Source of the DNA: Candidatus Saccharimonadales bacterium
GTDB lineage: Bacteria > Patescibacteriota > Microgenomatia > Woykebacterales > RBG-16-39-9b
DNA: 59,520 nucleotides
Direction of reading: 5' to 3'
NCBI GenBank assembly: GCA_035480955.1
Contig: DATIHF010000071.1
Coordinates: forward strand, 1 to 59,520
Made by a program: the position numbers and the translations under genes. Every line of letters starts with the position of its first letter. Position 1 is the stretch's first letter. The notes under the pieces were generated by a model. The model was not told where the DNA came from, ran no database searches, and worked only from the letters and a program-made list of their open reading frames with translations. This document shows positions 28,241-36,622 of this stretch, piece after piece.

Positions 28241-28293
28241 GTACCACGCTACGCATAACTTAAGTATGGGAGGGTGAGGTTATGGGCCCACCC

Positions 28294-28533
28294 TCAACTG
28301 ATCTCTTCCAAAGTGTTGTCGCGACCACAGTTCGGGCACTTGGTACCACTTCGAATATTAGTCGGTTTGTGGCAAGTTCGGCATCGGTACTTATACTTCT
28401 CGGTTCCTTCTGGCCTCGGAATAGGCTTGCCAGATTCCAGCAACTTATCCAGTTCCTTCTTTCTCTCTTTACGGTCAGGCGTCCATTCGTCGAACTTATC
28501 AGGCACGCTCGAGCCTCCTTTACCCCGTACCAT
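28294..28533 (-). CDS. Small basic zinc-ribbon protein, 79 aa
   Basis: CRTC...CPNC. Followed by hairpin GAGGGTG/CACCCTC (28270-28295). Confidence 0.5.
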   Translation of the reverse strand: MVRGKGGSSVPDKFDEWTPDRKERKKELDKLLESGKPIPRPEGTEKYKYRCRTCHKPTNIRSGTKCPNCGRDNTLEEIS

Positions 28534-28582
28534 TATCTCAGGGTGGTCAAACAGAGCTATTTACTTTGCTGGGATAGGGAAT

Positions 28583-29293
28583 TTAGCCTTCTGGGGGTCC
28601 TGCTTTACTGCCTTCAGAGCTTTGATTGACTTCTTCACCTATTGGTTCTTTCTCGCCGCCCTCTTCACCCTCAGCTTTTTCAGCAGTAGCTTCAACATCC
28701 TCAGGTGAGACTTCAGGCTCGGGCTCTTCTTCTTTCATTTCCGCAGTTTGAACAGTCACCACCACCTCTTCTGGGTCGTTGGTGATCTCAACTTTGTCTT
28801 TTTCGACTTTGAGGTCTTTCACGTGCACTGCCTGGCCGACTTCGGTCAGCTTCTCCGCATCTACCTCGATACTGGAAGGAATATCAGTTGGCAAACACTC
28901 AACTTCGACTTCGTTGAGGGTTTGAAGCAATAATCCTTCTCCGCTTTTCGCAATTGGTGACTCCCCGACCAAAACTACAGGCACAGCCGTGGTGATTTTC
29001 TCTTTAAGGTTTACTTTGTGAAAATCCACGTGGATGAGGTCGTCATGGACTGGGTCTCTTTGGAGGTTGTGAATCAAGGAAGGGTAAACTTCATTTTTGA
29101 CCTTAACGTCGATCAAAGCGGTTTCCCCGGCTTCTTTGAAGGTTTTCTGAAAATCTTTGAAAGCAACTTGAACAGAGATGGACTTCACGTCCTTACCAAA
29201 AATATTGGCGGGGATCACACCTTCTCGGCGCAGCTTTTTAACTTTCTTTCCCGTTAAGGAACGCTCTTCTACATTTAATTCTGGTCTAGACAT
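28583..29293 (-). CDS. rplY: Ribosomal protein L25/Ctc form with an acidic C-terminal tail
   Basis: RSLTGKKVKKLRREGVIPANIFGK at the N-terminus. Confidence 0.85.
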   Translation of the reverse strand: MSRPELNVEERSLTGKKVKKLRREGVIPANIFGKDVKSISVQVAFKDFQKTFKEAGETALIDVKVKNEVYPSLIHNLQRDPVHDDLIHVDFHKVNLKEKITTAVPVVLVGESPIAKSGEGLLLQTLNEVEVECLPTDIPSSIEVDAEKLTEVGQAVHVKDLKVEKDKVEITNDPEEVVVTVQTAEMKEEEPEPEVSPEDVEATAEKAEGEEGGEKEPIGEEVNQSSEGSKAGPPEG

Positions 29294-29365
29294 ACAGAGG
29301 TATTATAAGCAAACTTGTAATTGTTCAATTATAGAGTGAGTGTCAAGCCTACAGCTTGGCAGTAT

Positions 29366-29770
29366 CTAGGATTTGGTTTGTGGTTGGGGCTCAACAATTT
29401 CTTTTTTGACTGGCTTTTTGTAAAGCGCGCGGACACTGGCGACTTTGATCTTTTTCGCTTCCTCATGGATATCAAGCACGTCATCAGCGGTTAGATTGTT
29501 GAGAGAGATTGTTTGGAGCTGTTCTTTTAGCATGTCTTTTTCAAGTGAAACACTGGCAGCTAACATTTGTTCACGAGAGCACTTGGGGCAAGTATACTGA
29601 GCGATCAAGGAGTTATCTGATTCAGAAATAATTTCCAGATTACCGCTTTTGAAAGGCTCCTTACAGGTACATTCCCATTCCTTGCCAAACTGCTCGACAA
29701 ACAAGCGCATTAGCTTTCCATTCATCAACCTAGAGTATACCAAAACAATCAAGAGTACAAAAGCCCTCAA
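29366..29770 (-). CDS. Hypothetical protein with a CxC...CxxC motif (start uncertain; internal Met codons at 29725 and 29710)
   Basis: Track ORF. ECTCKEP...CPKCSREQ. Confidence 0.4.
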   Translation of the reverse strand: MRAFVLLIVLVYSRLMNGKLMRLFVEQFGKEWECTCKEPFKSGNLEIISESDNSLIAQYTCPKCSREQMLAASVSLEKDMLKEQLQTISLNNLTADDVLDIHEEAKKIKVASVRALYKKPVKKEIVEPQPQTKS

Positions 29771-29776
29771 AGAGGC

Positions 29777-31507
29777 TCATTGATTTTCTAGTTTACTCAG
29801 AGTCTCTTTAATGCTCTCGGACAATTGCTCATTTTCCTTCTCGAGAGTTTCAGACTGCACAACCAGAAAGCTTTTTGAAGGAGCAATAGTCCCAACCAGC
29901 TCTTTTTCGTTTAGATTCCCTAAATCTAGTTTCACCACACTGATCTGATCCTCCGCGGCAGAGAGATCATCAAGGGTGTCCTCTAAGCTCTTTTTTGCCT
30001 CCGCAGCGGTAAGATTGGGATTGTCCGCACTTGAGAAAAGTTTCTGACCTGCAGCGGAAGAGAGCCGAATTGATTGTGCCAAAGCCGCGCTGGTGGCAAA
30101 ATCTTGGTCAAGAGCCTGCTCCCCCTTGGCTAACCAGAGAATTTTCAGTGCCCAGTTTACGTTGCCCAAAGAGTTGGCCGCGGTTTCAAAATGCTTTTGT
30201 GAAGAAAGGGAAACTTTGCTCGCCTCCTCGTTTTGATTGTTCTCAAAAGCACTCGTCGCCTCTTTTAGTTCACGAGTGCCTAAGTAACCATTAACACCAA
30301 CTGAAAAAAGCGGGTAAACCAAGACACTGAAGATCAAAAGGGCGGAAAAAGTAAACACCGCGACTCGCACTAAAGTTGCGCTTCTACTCCTCTTTTGCTT
30401 TGGGCTCTTTTCTGCCGCAACTTCTTTGGTCGGAGTCAGTGGAGCTTGTTCTGCAGCCCTTTGCTCAGGCTCATTCTCAACAACCGTGGTTTCCGGATTG
30501 CTCTTGATTTGAAAACTCTGTAAGGTCGCACCAATCCCTTCGGCTAAAGAAACTTTAGGGTTCCAGCCGAGTTTTTCTTTGGTGTTGTCCAAGTCAAAAT
30601 GGTCCGTTGAGAACTCTAGATTGTCTTTTTCTTTTTTATGCTCAATTTCTGCTTCAGGAGTAACTTGCTTGATCGTGTGAGCAAACTTTTCCAGAGTAAC
30701 CTTGTCCGGATGAACTAAAATGAAAATTTCCCCGTTAAAGTCTCCAACCGCCGCTTTGATCAGACTAAAAATCAAATCAGAAACATAAGTGGGGTGGATG
30801 ATCTTGAGACCATCGCCAACTAGGGTTAAGGGTCTCCCCTCCAAAGCCTCTTTAAGTAGGTTGGCAATTTCGTCTCCGCGCTCAAGATTCATTTTCGGCC
30901 CGTAAGCGTCTTTCAGACGAATTATGGTCACCGCCACTTTAAATTTGTTGTAGTACTCAAAGGCAAGGGCCTCGGAAAATCTTTTCGCCTCATGAGAAGA
31001 GAGAATTGCCTCTTCCCCAGGAGTTTTACCAAAATAGTAACGCAGGGAGCTTGAGGAGATTGCCCCGCTGTAGAGATCGGCTGAGGAAGCGAGGATAAAT
31101 TTGGCACCCTGTGCCTTTGCCAACTCTAAAAGCTCTCGGGTCCCTAAAGAATTAACCAACAAAGTGTCAAGCGAAAAGCTTTTTTGACTCTTGTACTCCT
31201 CGACCGCCGCGAGATGAAAAATATAATCGAGTTTCACACCCTCGGGTAAAACAACTGCCGCATTGTTGATGTCGGCTTCAATAAAGGTAAAGTTGGGTGA
31301 GGTGAGCAAGTCTTTGAGATTTTCTTTTTTCCCCGAGGAGAGGTTGTCAACTGCAAGGACTCGGAAATTCTGGGAGACTAAGGTCGAGCAAAGCTGTGCT
31401 CCAATAAAACCAGCCGCCCCGGCAACAAGTGCTGTGGGTTGAGAGTTTTTAACTGTTTGGGGGGCAGTTTCTGGCATAGTTGTTTGAGTCCTTCGAATTT
31501 TACCCAA
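29777..31507 (-). CDS. SDR-family NAD-dependent sugar epimerase/dehydratase fused to a C-terminal TM plus extracytoplasmic helical region
   Basis: VAGAAGFIGAQLC (GxxGxxG motif). The SSADLYSG region is typical of UDP-sugar dehydratases. TM near residue 380. Confidence 0.7.
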   Translation of the reverse strand: MGKIRRTQTTMPETAPQTVKNSQPTALVAGAAGFIGAQLCSTLVSQNFRVLAVDNLSSGKKENLKDLLTSPNFTFIEADINNAAVVLPEGVKLDYIFHLAAVEEYKSQKSFSLDTLLVNSLGTRELLELAKAQGAKFILASSADLYSGAISSSSLRYYFGKTPGEEAILSSHEAKRFSEALAFEYYNKFKVAVTIIRLKDAYGPKMNLERGDEIANLLKEALEGRPLTLVGDGLKIIHPTYVSDLIFSLIKAAVGDFNGEIFILVHPDKVTLEKFAHTIKQVTPEAEIEHKKEKDNLEFSTDHFDLDNTKEKLGWNPKVSLAEGIGATLQSFQIKSNPETTVVENEPEQRAAEQAPLTPTKEVAAEKSPKQKRSRSATLVRVAVFTFSALLIFSVLVYPLFSVGVNGYLGTRELKEATSAFENNQNEEASKVSLSSQKHFETAANSLGNVNWALKILWLAKGEQALDQDFATSAALAQSIRLSSAAGQKLFSSADNPNLTAAEAKKSLEDTLDDLSAAEDQISVVKLDLGNLNEKELVGTIAPSKSFLVVQSETLEKENEQLSESIKETLSKLENQ

Positions 31508-31573
31508 ACAAAGCTATCTTCGTAAAGACTACTAAACTCCCTCAAAAGAGTGCTTTTTGGTATAAAGTAGAGA

Positions 31574-31990
31574 TTAATTTTGATCTAGTATTCGATTGAC
31601 CTCAAAATCCGCTTCCTTGTTCTGCTCACGGGGAACGTGTTGGTAGGTTACTTTCGCAAATTTTTGCTCGTAGCTTTTGATTTGGCTGATTAGCTTCGCC
31701 AGGTCAGGGTTTTTGATTCTAAACCTACCGGTGAGTTGGTTGGCGATTAGGTTTGAGTCTGTATAAAAATTAATCTCAGTTTCTTCTGGTTTGTACTTAT
31801 CTGAAGAAACTAGACTTTCGTAGGCGAGCAAGAGTGCGGTGTACTCAGCGACATTATTGGTCGCGATACCTAAATATTTCCCGCAGATTTCCTGCAGATT
31901 TCCCGCAGCATCTTTGATCACTGCGGCCGAAGCGGCTTTACCAGGATTGTTACGGGATCCCCCGTCAGTATAGATGACAACTCGGCTCAT
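31574..31990 (-). CDS. RNase H-like (RNase HI family) protein
   Basis: VIYTDGGSRNNPG, NNVAEYTALLLA and DSNLIANQ blocks. Confidence 0.75.
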   Translation of the reverse strand: MSRVVIYTDGGSRNNPGKAASAAVIKDAAGNLQEICGKYLGIATNNVAEYTALLLAYESLVSSDKYKPEETEINFYTDSNLIANQLTGRFRIKNPDLAKLISQIKSYEQKFAKVTYQHVPREQNKEADFEVNRILDQN

Positions 31991-32451
31991 TTTTTGAAAA
32001 TTTTTATTCTTCGGTTGGGCTCTTCACCTTCAGATTCGGATTGATAGTCCGGATAGTTCTCACCCAGAATAACATGGACGCTGCGTCGCTCTGAGGCACT
32101 CATTGGCGGCAAGCTCTCCTCACTCCGGCTACTTTGTTCAATCGACTCAATCGCTCGCTTGAGCATTTCTCCCAGTTTTTCTTCTCTTTCTGCTTTGTAA
32201 GAACCGATATCAACCAGCACTCTGGTCCACTCTTCTTTGTTCTCGCGATTAACCATCAGAGACAGGAGTAGTTGCAAGCTCTCCAAAGTTTGGCCGTGGT
32301 AGCCAATCAAAGCTCCCAGGTTTTCACCTTTAATACTCAGCTCGACCACCCCGTCTTTTTCCTGGGCGTCTACTTCGGCGCTGAGCCCGATTTTTTTAAT
32401 CAGCTCCACAGCTAATTTTTTTGCTAACTTCTGCGAATCAGATACAGCCAT
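31987..32451 (-). CDS. jag: Jag/SpoIIIJ-associated KH plus R3H RNA-binding protein
   Basis: R3H block LPPMSASERRSVHVIL, in the position after yidC. Internal ATG at 32451 preferred. Confidence 0.75.
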   Translation of the reverse strand: MAVSDSQKLAKKLAVELIKKIGLSAEVDAQEKDGVVELSIKGENLGALIGYHGQTLESLQLLLSLMVNRENKEEWTRVLVDIGSYKAEREEKLGEMLKRAIESIEQSSRSEESLPPMSASERRSVHVILGENYPDYQSESEGEEPNRRIKIFKK

Positions 32452-33155
32452 GATTTTAATCCTCCTGGGCCGGCAATTTGATACTGTTGAATAATACCAA
32501 CTAGGGTGCTGACCAGCCAATAGAGAGCGAGTCCAGCGGGGAACCGAGTCCCTGACCAAATAATGATCAAAGGTAGTAAGTAAACTAATTGTCCTTGGCT
32601 ACTATTAAGTGCCTCGGAGAGATCGGCCTTTTCTTTGACCTCCGTTTTGGAATCGCTTTTTTCTTCAACCAAAGGCTCTGGCAACATCATCTTGGATTGA
32701 ATCAAAGTAGCCACTCCAGTGAGGATGACCAAGATTCCCGGGATTGCGATTGGGATTCCTTGGAGGTGGAAAACATTGGGCTTAGCGAGATCCCACCACA
32801 AAAAAGTTGTGTCGACGCTAGGAGTGTGAATCAGTTTAGTCAAGGCGTTGAACAGAATAATCGCGATCACCAATTGGATCACCGGCGACAAACAGGAAGC
32901 CAAGGGGTTAAAGCCAGCTTCACGATAAAGTTTGCTCTGCTCCTCAGCAGCTTTAGTACGATCCTTCGGATACTTTCTTTTTATTTCATCTAGTTTTGGT
33001 TTGAGCTCTTTAAGAACTTTGGTTTGATTGAGAGAAGTTTTTAAAAAAGGGTAGAAGGCCAAGCGGGAAACTACACCAATAAAAATAATGGTCAGCCCCA
33101 GGCTGCCACCAAAAAGATTTGTTAACGCAAGTAGTAGGTTTACGAAAATCTGCAT
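32424..33155 (-). CDS. yidC: Membrane protein insertase YidC (short form)
   Basis: Hydrophobic core, LYREAGFNPLASCL block, and genomic context. Confidence 0.85.
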   Translation of the reverse strand: MQIFVNLLLALTNLFGGSLGLTIIFIGVVSRLAFYPFLKTSLNQTKVLKELKPKLDEIKRKYPKDRTKAAEEQSKLYREAGFNPLASCLSPVIQLVIAIILFNALTKLIHTPSVDTTFLWWDLAKPNVFHLQGIPIAIPGILVILTGVATLIQSKMMLPEPLVEEKSDSKTEVKEKADLSEALNSSQGQLVYLLPLIIIWSGTRFPAGLALYWLVSTLVGIIQQYQIAGPGGLKSWLYLIRRS

Positions 33156-33165
33156 TTTTTAATAA

Positions 33166-33384
33166 TTACTTGACGGCATCGTAGCCACCGTCGTTAAAAG
33201 GATTGCAGCGGAGAATCCGCCAGGCTCCTAAAAAGCTGCCCTTGATTATACCATAGCGCTCGATTGCCTCGTAGGTATAAGCCGAACAGCTTGGAGAAAA
33301 GCGGCATACTCCTTGGAAAAGGAAGATATTACTGGAGATGTATTTTTGATAAAGCCTGATTAAGGCTAGAGCGTATTTCTTCAT
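33166..33384 (-). CDS. yidD: Membrane protein insertion efficiency factor YidD
   Basis: [10 protein letters not shown]...[19 protein letters not shown]...RILRCNP. Internal ATG at 33384 preferred. Confidence 0.8.
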   Translation of the reverse strand: MKKYALALIRLYQKYISSNIFLFQGVCRFSPSCSAYTYEAIERYGIIKGSFLGAWRILRCNPFNDGGYDAVK

Positions 33385-33664
33385 TGCTGGCTTTGGCAGC
33401 GGCTGGATAGAGGATAATAATAATTTCCAGGCTTCCCTTGGCTTCTTCAAGCTCTTTTTGGAGTAATCTCTCGAGATGGCGACGTAAGCGGTTTCTCAGT
33501 ACTGCTTTACCGACTTTACCACTAATTATAAAACCAACTCGGCAGGAGCCCTCGGCGGAGATCTTTTTGGCAATTAATTTAAAGAGGGTCGTGTTAACTT
33601 TGTAGTCGGGGTAGTTGCGATTCCAACTTGGTGGAAGTTTGAGTCTTAATTTCGAAGGTAGCAT
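33329..33664 (-). CDS. rnpA: RNase P protein component
   Basis: [17 protein letters not shown] block, in the position after rpmH. Confidence 0.8.
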   Translation of the reverse strand: MLPSKLRLKLPPSWNRNYPDYKVNTTLFKLIAKKISAEGSCRVGFIISGKVGKAVLRNRLRRHLERLLQKELEEAKGSLEIIIILYPAAAKASNEEIRSSLNQALSKIHLQ

Positions 33665-33671
33665 GGGTGCA

Positions 33672-33809
33672 CTAAACCGCTAATTTCTTACGTCCCTTAG
33701 TCAAACGTCTTTTCAAGACTGCTTTTCCAGAATTCGATGCAGTGCGGGACAAAAACCCGTGTTTTCTTTTTCTTTTTAACTTCTTTGGTTGGTAAACTCT
33801 TTTTGGCAT
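33672..33809 (-). CDS. rpmH: Ribosomal protein L34
   Basis: Below the track cutoff. Translation [45 protein letters not shown]. Confidence 0.9.
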   Translation of the reverse strand: MPKRVYQPKKLKRKRKHGFLSRTASNSGKAVLKRRLTKGRKKLAV

Positions 33810-33878
33810 AGTCAGAGGCGAGTATAAAAGATTAACCCGTGCCTGTCAAATAGTAGTACTGATACAGAAAGGTCCTTT

Positions 33879-33918
33879 TTATACACAGTTGACCTATGTG
33901 GATAACTACGACTAATAT
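33879..33918 (+). promoter_or_regulatory. DnaA boxes overlapping a candidate dnaA promoter
   Basis: TTATACACA (33879-87). A perfect TTATCCACA on the minus strand (tgtggataa, 33897-33905) lies inside the spacer of TTGACC-18-TAATAT (33889-33918). Confidence 0.55.
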
Positions 33919-33968
33919 CTCTTTACTGAATTTAATTTACTCGGAAGCACTTTCTCTGCTAACTATTC

Positions 33969-35342
33969 ATGGATAAGAAAGAACTCTGGAACAGCGTTCT
34001 CGCTGAACTGCAATTAACAATTTCCTCGGCCAATTTTCAAACTTGGTTTCGTGGCAAAACTGAGATAGTCGAGCTTCAGGTCCCACTAGTCGTGGTGGGC
34101 TGCTCTTCACCTTACGTACGGGATTGGCTGGAGCAGCGCTATTTGGGTCAGATTAAAGGGGTGGTGGACCGCCTCATCGACCAATCGACCTCGATCACTT
34201 TCGTAGTTTCTCCTTCACTAAATGTACCAGCCACCAAGACCACTTCAAGCAAGACCGCCGAGGAAACCGAGACTCTTTTTGTTAAAGAAGACCTGGGTAA
34301 GCTTTCAGAAAAATTGACGACGGCCAAGCTCAGCCCTGGCTATACTTTTTCTAACTTTGTCGTCGGCGGAAGCAACCAACTTGCTTACGCGGTGGCCACC
34401 GCGGCCGCTGAGGATCCTGGCAAAGCCTACAACCCAATTCTTTTCTACGGTGGTGTGGGGCTGGGGAAAACCCACTTGATGCAATCAGTGGGCAACGAAG
34501 TAGCGCGGAAAAATAGCAAAGCTAAAATCCTTTACGCTACTAGTGAAGACTTTACCAATGACTTGATGGAAGCAATCCAAACTAAACGCACCCGGGACTT
34601 TCGTGACAAATACCGCTCTCTTGATGTTCTGCTGCTGGATGATGTTCAGTTTATTGCCGGCAGGGAGAGCACTCAGGAAGAGTTTTTCCACACCTTCAAC
34701 GCTCTTTATTCCTCCCACAAACAAATTATCCTCACTTCCGATCGCGAGCCCTCTGAGATTGCCAAGTTAGAGTCCCGTTTGCGAAGTCGCTTCAGCGGGG
34801 GGATGATCGCAGACATCCAACCCCCGGATACTGACATGCGCGAGGCGATACTAGAATCAAAAATAAAAAGGTTAAATATTGATATCCCAAGCGAAGTAGT
34901 CCACTACTTGGCCGGCTCGGTCGGAACCAACGTTAGAGAACTGGAGGGGAGTTTGACCCACTTAGCAACTGTTGCAAAGGTCAGACAAACGGATCTCTCC
35001 CTAGAGTTGGCTAAAAGTTTCGTCGACCAGAGGAAATCCCGCGCTCTTGCCAGTAGAGTCGAACCAAAAGAAGTTTTAGAAATTGTTTCCGACTACTTTA
35101 ATGTCAAACAAAGTGAGATCAAAGGCAGCAGCCGGGTTGCGAAAATTGTTTTACCCCGGCAGATTACGATGTATTTACTTCGCACTGATCTTGGCATACA
35201 GTATGAAAACATCGCCCAGTACCTAGGGGGCCGAGACCACTCAACCGTGATGCACGGAGTGGAGAAGATCGGGAAAAGTGTGGAAAGCTCGGACAAGTTT
35301 CGCGGATTAGTTGCGGATATCCGCGCCAAGCTTTACAACTAA
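33969..35342 (+). CDS. dnaA: Chromosomal replication initiator DnaA
   Basis: GGVGLGKTHLMQ, LLLDDVQF, and a C-terminal HTH (DHSTVMHG). Confidence 0.95.
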   Translation: MDKKELWNSVLAELQLTISSANFQTWFRGKTEIVELQVPLVVVGCSSPYVRDWLEQRYLGQIKGVVDRLIDQSTSITFVVSPSLNVPATKTTSSKTAEETETLFVKEDLGKLSEKLTTAKLSPGYTFSNFVVGGSNQLAYAVATAAAEDPGKAYNPILFYGGVGLGKTHLMQSVGNEVARKNSKAKILYATSEDFTNDLMEAIQTKRTRDFRDKYRSLDVLLLDDVQFIAGRESTQEEFFHTFNALYSSHKQIILTSDREPSEIAKLESRLRSRFSGGMIADIQPPDTDMREAILESKIKRLNIDIPSEVVHYLAGSVGTNVRELEGSLTHLATVAKVRQTDLSLELAKSFVDQRKSRALASRVEPKEVLEIVSDYFNVKQSEIKGSSRVAKIVLPRQITMYLLRTDLGIQYENIAQYLGGRDHSTVMHGVEKIGKSVESSDKFRGLVADIRAKLYN

Positions 35343-35508
35343 GTTACTTTTTCCACACCCTGTCCACAAAAGAGTAAACAGCACTCAAGCGCTCTTTTCC
35401 GGAGCAAATAAGGCCGAAAGCACAGGGTACACAGGTGTGGGTTATCAACTTTTCCACTGTCTCTACTACTGCTACTGTTTTAATAAGTAATAAATAAGTA
35501 ACAACATT
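35343..35508. other. Candidate oriC segment (degenerate DnaA boxes plus an AT-rich stretch)
   Basis: tttccacac, tgtccacaa, ttatcaact and tttccactg, followed by ttttaataagtaataaataagtaaca. Confidence 0.4.
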
Positions 35509-36618
35509 ATGGAAGCAAAAACTACTAAAATTCTCACTGAAAACTTAAAGACAGCGGTCAATATCGCTAACCGTTTTGTCTCCTTGCGCCCTTCAGTTGC
35601 CGCTCTCGGCAACATTTTATTAAAAAGCAGCAAGGGGAAGATTGAGTTCTTTTCGACCAACCTAGAGAGCTCGATCGCCCTAAGTGAGGTGGCAAGCGGA
35701 GAAGACTGGGAAACAACAGTTCCAGCTAAAATTTTTGTTGAGCTGGTCAACACCCTTAAAGAAAAGGAAACTAGCTTAGCGGTTGAAAAAGAAACACTGC
35801 AGTTAGTCAGTGGAGCGACCAAAGCAACTTTCAACACAATCGCTGCTTCCGAGTTTCCCACTATCCAGCTCTCCGGTGACAAGCTGAAAAAAGACCTTTC
35901 CCAAAAAACCCTCGCCGAGATAGTCGGTAAAATTGCCTTTGCCGCCACAGTTGAAGAGACCAAACCAGTGTTAACCGGCATACTCATTCGTAGTAAAGGA
36001 GGCAAAACCTTACTAGTCGCGACCGACAGCTATCGTTTGGCAATTGGAACTTTGAACGAGAGCCTTGGAGAAGAGGAGATGCTGGTGCCCGCCAAGACTT
36101 TGGTTGAGGCTCTCAAAATCGCCGGAGAGCTGCAAGAAGAGAGCATTGGTATCGGAACCTCCGAGGAAAACAACCAACTTCTTTTTGCTGGGGACAATTT
36201 CCAGATCGCCACCCGACTAATTGATGGAGTTTACCCAGCCTACGAGCAAATAATTCCGGACACTTTTGTCGCTTCAGTCAAAGTCAGCAAAGACGCACTT
36301 ACCGACGCTCTTAAAACCGCTTCAGTCCTTTCTCGGGACATTGGTAATGTCGTCAGACTAAAACTTAAAGCCCCACAACAACTAGTGATCGAAGGTGACA
36401 CAGCTCAAATTGGTCAAGCGGTCACCGAGGTGGAAGCAGAAGTCACCGGAGAGGAGCTTACTGTTGCCTTCAACTCAAACTTTCTTCTCGACGGGCTCTC
36501 TTCACTAAAAGAAGCTGAGGTGGAAATTAAATTTTCCGGAGTGCTCAAACCCGCCGTTTTTGAAAACAGTAAAAAAGATTTTAAATACGTAGTCATGCCA
36601 GTGAGAGCGCAACGTTGA
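35509..36618 (+). CDS. dnaN: DNA polymerase III beta sliding clamp
   Basis: Position after dnaA, 369 aa, three-domain pattern. Confidence 0.93.
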   Translation: MEAKTTKILTENLKTAVNIANRFVSLRPSVAALGNILLKSSKGKIEFFSTNLESSIALSEVASGEDWETTVPAKIFVELVNTLKEKETSLAVEKETLQLVSGATKATFNTIAASEFPTIQLSGDKLKKDLSQKTLAEIVGKIAFAATVEETKPVLTGILIRSKGGKTLLVATDSYRLAIGTLNESLGEEEMLVPAKTLVEALKIAGELQEESIGIGTSEENNQLLFAGDNFQIATRLIDGVYPAYEQIIPDTFVASVKVSKDALTDALKTASVLSRDIGNVVRLKLKAPQQLVIEGDTAQIGQAVTEVEAEVTGEELTVAFNSNFLLDGLSSLKEAEVEIKFSGVLKPAVFENSKKDFKYVVMPVRAQR

Positions 36619-36622
36619 AGCA

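Noticed and set aside
24235-28708. Plus-strand and alternative-frame ORFs in cassette C and the rplY region (24235..24453, 24344..24649, 24466..24684, 25373..25648, 26207..26416, 26214..26426, 26455..26805, 26765..26950, 26953..27318, 27582..27896, 27805..28044, 27920..28120, 28274..28708, 28282..28629)
   Set aside because: They are antisense or overlapping relative to minus-strand genes that carry AGGAGG sites. None has its own RBS or promoter, and several cross the hairpin modules.
29294-29365. Possible leaderless promoter for rplY (TATAAT 8 nt before the ATG)
   Set aside because: There is no acceptable -35 at 16-18 nt, and a TTGACA lies too close to another TATAAT-like hexamer. The evidence is too weak to call.
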